From the NCBI GenBank assembly GCA_017648225.1, contig JAGCJE010000271.1:1-41454 (forward strand): a stretch of DNA of 41,454 bases, given 5' to 3'. The stretch's first letter is position 1; every line of letters begins with the position of its first letter. This document shows, one piece after another, positions 19,664 through 24,742 of this stretch. The notes beneath the pieces are model-generated. The model had not been told where the DNA came from, did not search any database, and saw only the letters and a list, made by a program, of their open reading frames with translations. The DNA comes from Kiritimatiellia bacterium (GTDB taxonomy: Bacteria > Verrucomicrobiota > Kiritimatiellia > RFP12 > UBA1067). The translations under genes were made by a program, and so were the position numbers.

Positions 19664-20698
19664 ATGGCAAAATGTGATCTGAATGCAGTCGTTCAGATAG
19701 CCGAGAACGAGGTCGGTTATCTGGAGAAAAAGAGCAACAGTCAGCTCGACCACAAAACCGCCAACGCGGGAAGCAAGAACTACACCAAGTACAACCGCGA
19801 TTATAACGCGTGGGGCGGCGGTGGTGCGCAGCCGATGGAATGGTGTGCGGCGTTCGTTTCGTGGTGTTTCGTAATGGCCTACGGCCTCGAAGCGGCGAAA
19901 GCTCTGCTCTGCGGTGGTCTGCATCACTACACGCCCACCGGCGCGAACCGTTTCAAGGGGAAAGGTCGATACATCAAGCGCGGCGAGGGTACGCCCAAGC
20001 GCGGCGACGTGGTGTATTTCTTCTCTAAGGCAAAGGGACGGATCGGTCACGTTGGCATCGTCTACAAGGTCAGCTCGACCCGAGTTTACACGATCGAGGG
20101 CAACACGTCCGCCGGTAACACGCTGATCACCAACGGCGGCGGCGCGGCGTTCAAGTCCTACGCGCTTTCTAGTACGTACATCGACGGCTATGGTCGCCCG
20201 AATTACGCGGCAATCGAGGCCGGAACCGGCGAGATCGTGGCTCTCGATCTGGGCGATCGTCTGCTGACGAACGGTTGTCGAGGCGATGATGTCAAGGAGC
20301 TTCAGGAGGCTCTCATCTCCCTCGGTTACGATCTCGGCAAATGGGGCGCGGATGGTGATTTCGGCGATGCGACTGAGATCGCTGTCGAGAAGTTCCAGAG
20401 AGACCACGGTTGCACTCCGGACGGCGAGTTCGGCCCGATCAGTTTCGCGGCTCTGCAGACTGCGCTCATGGATCGAGAGCACTCCGCGCAGAAGGGCGGA
20501 AAGGTTCGCATCATCAACGGTAACTGTTGGGTGCGATCCGAACCCGACAAGATTCTCCCCGACACTCGTCTCGGTGTCGTCACTGAGGGGACGATCCTCG
20601 AGTATCGCGGTGAGAAATCTCCGGGCGGTTGGCTGGCGGTGCGATATGAAAATCGCGACGCCTGGGTCTCCGGAAAATATTCTAAGCTGGAGGAGTGA
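19664..20698 (+). CDS. Endolysin: CHAP amidase/peptidase + PG_binding_1 + SH3-like domains
   Basis: WCAAFVSWCF (Cys) and GHVGIVY (His). GDDVKELQEALISLGYDLGKWGADGDFG. C-terminal GWLAVRYENRDAWVSGKY. Confidence 0.85.
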   Translation: MAKCDLNAVVQIAENEVGYLEKKSNSQLDHKTANAGSKNYTKYNRDYNAWGGGGAQPMEWCAAFVSWCFVMAYGLEAAKALLCGGLHHYTPTGANRFKGKGRYIKRGEGTPKRGDVVYFFSKAKGRIGHVGIVYKVSSTRVYTIEGNTSAGNTLITNGGGAAFKSYALSSTYIDGYGRPNYAAIEAGTGEIVALDLGDRLLTNGCRGDDVKELQEALISLGYDLGKWGADGDFGDATEIAVEKFQRDHGCTPDGEFGPISFAALQTALMDREHSAQKGGKVRIINGNCWVRSEPDKILPDTRLGVVTEGTILEYRGEKSPGGWLAVRYENRDAWVSGKYSKLEE

Positions 20699-21012
20699 TT
20701 CCATTGGAGAACATTACACTCGCTGACGCGTGGGCGTGGATACTCGCAGCGGCAGCGGCGATCGTCGCGCTGTCGAAAGCGTGGGACGTGATTGCTCGGA
20801 AACTCAAACCTCAACGCGAGATCAGCGATCGACTCAAGACGATCGAGACGATGCTCGCGAGCGACAAGAGGCGACTCGACGAGCAGGACAAAGCGAACGG
20901 CGTCATTTTCCGCGCTCTGTATGCTCAGATCAACCACGAACTCAGCGGGAACGGAGATCAAATTCTCCGTGACTCCCGCGATGAAATTCAGAAATATCTC
21001 ACCACCCGATAA
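20695..21012 (+). CDS. Single-pass membrane protein with coiled coil (lysis accessory or holin-like)
   Basis: TM segment WAWILAAAAAIVALSKAW. GTG start overlaps the endolysin stop. Lies between endolysin and holin. Confidence 0.55.
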   Translation: MIPLENITLADAWAWILAAAAAIVALSKAWDVIARKLKPQREISDRLKTIETMLASDKRRLDEQDKANGVIFRALYAQINHELSGNGDQILRDSRDEIQKYLTTR

Positions 21013-21025
21013 AGGAGGAATCGTC

Positions 21026-21268
21026 ATGGATTGGAAGCGCAAGCTCACGAGCCGGAAGCTCTGGCTCGCTATCGCCGATTTTGTCGGCATGCTGATCATT
21101 GCGTTCGGCTATGCCGAATCTACTGCGACTCAGGTCACGTCCATCATCATGGCGGGTGCGGGTGTCATCGGCTATCTGATCGCCGAGGGCCTCGCGGATT
21201 CCGCGAACGGCACGACCACCACGATCGTCGATGAAACGATCAAAAAGACCGAACCTGAAACCGAATAA
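21026..21268 (+). CDS. Holin (two TM segments, phi-LC3-like)
   Basis: MDWKRKLTSRKLWLAIADFVGMLIIAFGY...IIMAGAGVIGYLIAEGL. SD AAAGGAGG. Track ORF (20792) trimmed. Confidence 0.7.
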   Translation: MDWKRKLTSRKLWLAIADFVGMLIIAFGYAESTATQVTSIIMAGAGVIGYLIAEGLADSANGTTTTIVDETIKKTEPETE

Positions 21269-21280
21269 ATAACACACGAA

Positions 21281-21313
21281 ACGCCCGGGCGAAATGCTCG
21301 GGCGTCTTTTTTT
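21281..21313 (+). terminator. Rho-independent terminator ending the late operon
   Basis: ACGCCCGGGC-GAAAT-GCTCGGGCGT followed by CTTTTTTT. Confidence 0.85.
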
Positions 21314-21580
21314 ATTCGCATTTTATTCGCGTGTGCGAATAACATGATCCGCGAAAATAGTCCAACATCATCACAACATTACTAACATCATTTTTCTGAA
21401 AAACGGCCCGATCTGAGCCGAAAATCGCTAATTATTACGAAATCGTAATAATTGAAACATTTGCGAATATCTCAAAAACGGGTCAAAAATAACATGAAAC
21501 GGGCTTTTTATAACATCAAATAACATGATCATTTTCGGATGATGTTATGCTCAAAACCGTTGCGACACAATGGTTTTCAG

Positions 21581-21717
21581 TATTATATAACATCATAATA
21601 TTATTTTTCTTTAATTATAAGAAGAATATATAATAATATAGATATATAATATATAAGAGTATAAGAGATAAAAGAAAGTATATAAGAAAACGCGGAAAAA
21701 TGGTGTTATGATGTTAT
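21581..21717. repeat. AT-rich ~137-bp block, copy 1 (partner at 41231-41367)
   Basis: Shared strings in the same order: TATTATATAACATCATAATATTATTT, AATTATAAGAA, ATAGATATATAA, TATAAGAGA, AAGAAAGTATATAAGA, GAAAAATG. Confidence 0.85.
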
Positions 21718-21736
21718 CGGGCCGATTTTCGGTGTA

Positions 21737-21765
21737 GTGACAACGCCTCCGAAACGTGGTATAAT
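21737..21765 (+). promoter_or_regulatory. Sigma-A-type promoter for the moron gene
   Basis: GTGACA, 17-nt spacer, TATAAT with TGn extension (TGGTATAAT). SD GAAGGAGG and ATG 21799 lie downstream. Confidence 0.6.
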
Positions 21766-21798
21766 ACGCGCGGATAAAAGCGAAGGAGGCTCCCCATC

Positions 21799-22524
21799 AT
21801 GGAACGTGGACAACGTATATCCCCGCAGCAAACCCGTCCCGGACAACCTCAGAGACGACCCCAGAGCTCCACTCAGCGACCCGCTCAGAGACCGCCTCAG
21901 AGTCGCCCTCAAGGATCACAACAGCGTCGACCGGCTCAGTCCGCTCGCCCCACGCAGCCGACTCGACCCGTATCCCGCAAGCGCAGAAAGAACAAGTCAA
22001 AAAAGCCGTGGATCATCGGCGCGGCGGTTCTCCTACTCCTGATCATCATTTTCGGCTCTGGCGGTGAGAATGACAACGTCGCAACTCAGACCCCCACCTC
22101 TGCGCCAGTTAATAATGACACTGCCGTCACGACAGCGACCGACGCGCCTATTCAGACCCCATCTCTGTACCCTCAGACGATTTTCAATCAAAACGGTGTG
22201 ACAATCACTCTGATCGGATTCGATAAAGCTCCGCTCATGGGGCCTGAAATCAAGTTCACCGTCGAGAACAACAGCGGTGAGAGTCTGATCGTTCAGACCG
22301 GATCACTCCACTGCAACGGATGGCAAATCGTAGACGCGACGAGTTTCATCGAGGTTGCCAACGGTGCGAAAGCCGGAGAAACGATTTACGTCTGGAGTAC
22401 GTATCTCGACGAATGTCAACTCAAGGCGAGCGACCTTGTGAATGTTGAGTTCAAGGGCGCGTCGATCACGACGAGCGATTACATGAAAACCTATGAGTTC
22501 GACATGACTGCGACTCTCCAATAA
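21799..22524 (+). CDS. Type II membrane protein: P/Q/R-rich cytoplasmic N-terminus, one TM, beta-rich ectodomain (moron; possible superinfection exclusion or surface protein)
   Basis: QRP-type low complexity (aa 1-70), TM WIIGAAVLLLLIIIFG, about 150-aa ectodomain. Has its own promoter and terminator. Confidence 0.7.
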   Translation: MERGQRISPQQTRPGQPQRRPQSSTQRPAQRPPQSRPQGSQQRRPAQSARPTQPTRPVSRKRRKNKSKKPWIIGAAVLLLLIIIFGSGGENDNVATQTPTSAPVNNDTAVTTATDAPIQTPSLYPQTIFNQNGVTITLIGFDKAPLMGPEIKFTVENNSGESLIVQTGSLHCNGWQIVDATSFIEVANGAKAGETIYVWSTYLDECQLKASDLVNVEFKGASITTSDYMKTYEFDMTATLQ

Positions 22525-22526
22525 TT

Positions 22527-22562
22527 CAAAAGACCGAGGGGATCATCCCTCGGTCTTTTTTT
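22527..22562. terminator. Bidirectional terminator shared by convergent genes
   Basis: AAAA-AGACCGAGGG-GATCAT-CCCTCGGTCT-TTTTTT. The stop codon of the minus-strand RHH gene lies in the loop. Confidence 0.8.
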
Positions 22563-22743
22563 CGTTGTCTCGGATCATGGCCTCCTCGATTGCTCGATTG
22601 ATGAAGCCGTTCACAGATTCGCCCATGCGTTCGGCGTGGGCTTTTATTTTGTCCTTATCACCTTTAGGAACTCTGATTTTGATTTCCTCTAGTTTCTCGA
22701 GATATTTATCCACATACTTTTTGTTGTACTCATATGTCGGCAT
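22543..22743 (-). CDS. Ribbon-helix-helix (Arc/Mnt/CopG-like) DNA-binding protein
   Basis: IKIRVPKGDKDKIKAHAERMGESVNGFINRAIEEAM fits a beta-strand plus two helices. ATG 22743 follows GAAGGAGGG. Confidence 0.7.
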   Translation of the reverse strand: MPTYEYNKKYVDKYLEKLEEIKIRVPKGDKDKIKAHAERMGESVNGFINRAIEEAMIRDNEKKTEG

Positions 22744-22768
22744 TGTTTCGCCCTCCTTCAATGGGAGC

Positions 22769-22797
22769 ATTATATCACAAGTTATTTACTATGTACA
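22769..22797 (-). promoter_or_regulatory. Candidate promoter of the RHH gene
   Basis: On the minus strand: TGTACA, 17-nt spacer, TGaTATAAT. The -35 overlaps the TACTATGTAC operator copy. Confidence 0.45.
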
Positions 22798-22833
22798 CAT
22801 AGCATCTGCATGTTTAACAACATGTTTACATAA

Positions 22834-22877
22834 TATGGGTACATAGTATATTGACTTATCTATGGGTACATAGTATA
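22834..22877. repeat. Two direct copies of TATGGGTACATAGTATA (22834-22850, 22861-22877), plus an inverted core TACTATGTAC at 22787-22796: candidate RHH operators
   Basis: Exact 17-mers spaced 27 bp apart, overlapping the -35, spacer and -10 of the rightward promoter. Confidence 0.7.
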
Positions 22878-22879
22878 AT
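22851..22879 (+). promoter_or_regulatory. Consensus sigma-A promoter driving the antirepressor operon
   Basis: TTGACT, 17-nt spacer, TATAAT. Confidence 0.7.
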
Positions 22880-22902
22880 ATAATTGTTCCAAGGCAAGGA
22901 AC

Positions 22903-22932
22903 AAAAGAAAAACCGCCCGGTGACGCGGGCGG
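22903..22932 (-). terminator. Orphan minus-strand intrinsic terminator inside the antirepressor-operon leader
   Basis: CCGCCCG-loop-CGGGCGG. On the minus strand the stem is followed by TTTTTCTTTT. No minus-strand gene lies upstream of it. Confidence 0.5.
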
Positions 22933-22952
22933 CAGGAAAGGAGGTGAGCCGA

Positions 22953-23051
22953 ATGACTGAGTACACAGTCGAGTATCGAGGGAAACGGTACGAGTTCCCA
23001 ACATGGTCTGAGATGATGGAGTTCATCGAAGAACATGAAATCCACGGCTAA
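22953..23051 (+). CDS. 32-aa ORF, first gene of the antirepressor operon
   Basis: Hand-translated as MTEYTVEYRGKRYEFPTWSEMMEFIEEHEIHG. SD GGAAAGGAGG. Below the track length cutoff. Confidence 0.5.
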   Translation: MTEYTVEYRGKRYEFPTWSEMMEFIEEHEIHG

Positions 23052-23147
23052 CTCTCCAGCGTGGGGAGCGGCGGCAACCGCTCCTCACGGTTCGGATTAT
23101 AACATAGATTGATAGATAAAGCAAGATTGAAAATGGAGGATCACACC

Positions 23148-23297
23148 ATGTACGAAATCGTCAAGACCGTCAAGGGTTACAACATCGAGCGCATGATCGG
23201 AACCAAGGGTCAGTTTTTCGTCAAGACCCGCCCGAACGTGTCCGTCTGGTTCAGAACCATTAAGGCCGCGACGGCCTACATCGAAACGAGACTGTGA
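23148..23297 (+). CDS. 49-aa hypothetical protein
   Basis: Track ORF trimmed to ATG 23148, after GGAGGA (23135-23140). Confidence 0.55.
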   Translation: MYEIVKTVKGYNIERMIGTKGQFFVKTRPNVSVWFRTIKAATAYIETRL

Positions 23298-23309
23298 GGA
23301 GGTGCTTCC

Positions 23310-23999
23310 GTGAATGAGATGCAGATTTTCGAACGTGAGGAGTTCGGGCAGATCCGGACGACCACCGTCGACGGTGAGCCGTGGTTCGTGGCGGTCGATG
23401 TTTGTCGGGCTCTGGAACACAGCAACGTTTCGTCCGCTCTCGCTCGACTCGACGACGATGAACGGTCTAAGTTGAACTTAGGGCGTCAGGGTGAGACGAA
23501 CGTCGTCAACGAGCCCGGATTGTATACGCTCGTTCTCGGATCGCGAAAGCCCGAGGCGAAAGCGTTCAAACGGTGGATCACTCACGAGGTTCTCCCGAGC
23601 ATTCGCAAGACCGGAGCCTATGCGACCGACTCTCGACTCATGGAGGCCGCTCAACTTCTCGCGAGCTGTCGGAACCCGGCGGCGATCCCCGCGCTCGTCG
23701 CCGTCCTCAGCGAATATACCGGAGTTCAGATCGAGGCTTCCGGCCCGATGTGGGAGGGATCGAAGTTCGACAACCTCGTCCACGTTCGCAACTGGATCGA
23801 GACGTCGAACCTTAAGGTCGAGGATATGGTGAGCAATCCGACAACCGTCCTCTATCATCGTTTCACTAGCTGGCTCAGTCTCAATCACCTCGGAGTCAGA
23901 ATCTCCAGTAAAGCATTCTGCGCGATCATGCGCAAGATTTACGGATTCGACAAGAGGCTCCGACAAGGTTACGCCGGAAAATGGTATTTTCAAGTATGA
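23310..23999 (+). CDS. BRO-N domain antirepressor with a C-terminal domain homologous to the primase C-terminus
   Basis: FEREEFGQIRTTTVDGEPWFVAVDVCRALE...EAKAFKRWITHEVLPSIRKTGAY matches BRO-N. The C-terminus aligns with residues near the end of the 34383..36317 product. Confidence 0.8.
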   Translation: MNEMQIFEREEFGQIRTTTVDGEPWFVAVDVCRALEHSNVSSALARLDDDERSKLNLGRQGETNVVNEPGLYTLVLGSRKPEAKAFKRWITHEVLPSIRKTGAYATDSRLMEAAQLLASCRNPAAIPALVAVLSEYTGVQIEASGPMWEGSKFDNLVHVRNWIETSNLKVEDMVSNPTTVLYHRFTSWLSLNHLGVRISSKAFCAIMRKIYGFDKRLRQGYAGKWYFQV

Positions 24000-24063
24000 C
24001 GAAAATGACGAACACTATCGCATATAATAGATTTAGAGCCGTTGAATGAATGGAGGTTACATC

Positions 24064-24225
24064 ATGAACAATCGCATCAATATCAAAGCCGTCGTCGATT
24101 TCGCTTTCGCCTCTGACCCCGATCTCAGCCCCGCCGAGATGATGGAGGAGCTCATCGACTGAATCAGATCCGGCGAGTATCTCCCGAGCGATCTCGTCAA
24201 ACTCCAAGTGATTTCAGCAGTATAA
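24064..24225 (+). pseudogene. Small acidic protein gene interrupted by an in-frame TGA (24160-24162); paralog of 24473..24640
   Basis: MNNRINIKAVVDFAFASDPDLSPAEMMEELID*IRSGEYLPSDLVKLQVISAV*. The paralog has ...EIEDRIRSGEYFPTD.... SD GGAGG. Confidence 0.5.
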
Positions 24226-24230
24226 ACATG

Positions 24231-24260
24231 AGTCGGCTTTATGCCGACTTTATGTTTGTT
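24231..24260 (+). terminator. Candidate terminator
   Basis: AGTCGGC-TTTAT-GCCGACT followed by TTATGTTTGTT. Confidence 0.5.
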
Positions 24261-24276
24261 AAATCTCACGGGTGTA

Positions 24277-24305
24277 TTGACAAAATATAGAAAAAGTAAT
24301 ATTAT
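24277..24305 (+). promoter_or_regulatory. Sigma-A promoter for the second small acidic gene
   Basis: TTGACA, 17-nt spacer, TATTAT. A leader of about 165 nt follows, containing several hairpins. Confidence 0.65.
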
Positions 24306-24472
24306 GTGGGCGTAGATTATTGAATATCTACAATAACTCTGTCGGTACTAATTAACGTTGTCTCGATTATTTGTCGAGAGGAGGCGCGTTTTTTGCGTGT
24401 GAGTGCTGAAACAGATCGAGGGTGAGCTCCATATTGTATCTCATTACATGTCGATTGCATCGAGGTGCAAGT

Positions 24473-24640
24473 ATGGAGAGAATTATCAAGACGATCGCAA
24501 TGATCGAATATATGTTTTCTGTTTCCGACGATCTCGACGAAAAGGAGACGTTGGATGAAATCGAGGATCGCATTCGATCCGGTGAGTATTTCCCGACCGA
24601 CGTTGCAAACTGCAAACTGGTGAGCGTCGTTCCACAATAA
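24473..24640 (+). CDS. Small acidic protein (55 aa), intact paralog
   Basis: MERIIKTIAMIEYMFSVSDDLDEKETLDEIEDRIRSGEYFPTDVANCKLVSVVPQ. SD GAGGTG. Has its own promoter and terminator. Confidence 0.6.
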   Translation: MERIIKTIAMIEYMFSVSDDLDEKETLDEIEDRIRSGEYFPTDVANCKLVSVVPQ

Positions 24641-24646
24641 AAATTC

Positions 24647-24675
24647 AAGGAGCCGAGAGATCGGCTCCTTTTTAT
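24647..24675. terminator. Bidirectional terminator (small acidic gene and integrase)
   Basis: AAGGAGCCGA-GAGA-TCGGCTCCTT followed by TTTATT. The minus-strand side is followed by GAATTTTTA. Confidence 0.8.
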
Positions 24676-24685
24676 TGTGTTCGAA

Positions 24686-24737
24686 TTGTTGTACTAACGA
24701 TACCGCTCCGAACGGTGCGGGTTGAATAGTACAACAA
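24686..24737. other. Candidate attP core for the serine integrase
   Basis: 52-bp imperfect palindrome. Perfect 11-bp arms TTGTTGTACTA / TAGTACAACAA with partly symmetric inner sequence. Lies 5 bp from the int stop. Confidence 0.4.
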
Positions 24738-24742
24738 CCCGC

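Noticed and set aside
21600-21700. TATAAGA-type tandem units as a CRISPR array or minisatellite
   Set aside because: The units are only about 7 nt long, degenerate and contiguous, with no spacers. No cas genes are present.
21737-22042. ORFs 21737..22042 (+) and 21797..22000 (-), and other short ORFs overlapping the moron gene
   Set aside because: These are alternative frames of the P/Q/R low-complexity repeat. The 21799 frame alone has an SD, a promoter, a TM segment and a globular domain.
24160-24162. In-frame TGA as evidence for genome-wide TGA recoding or selenocysteine
   Set aside because: Many well-supported genes here terminate at TGA (for example 184..606, terS, Dit and endolysin). 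The paralog has Arg rather than Cys at this position, and no convincing SECIS-like hairpin follows.
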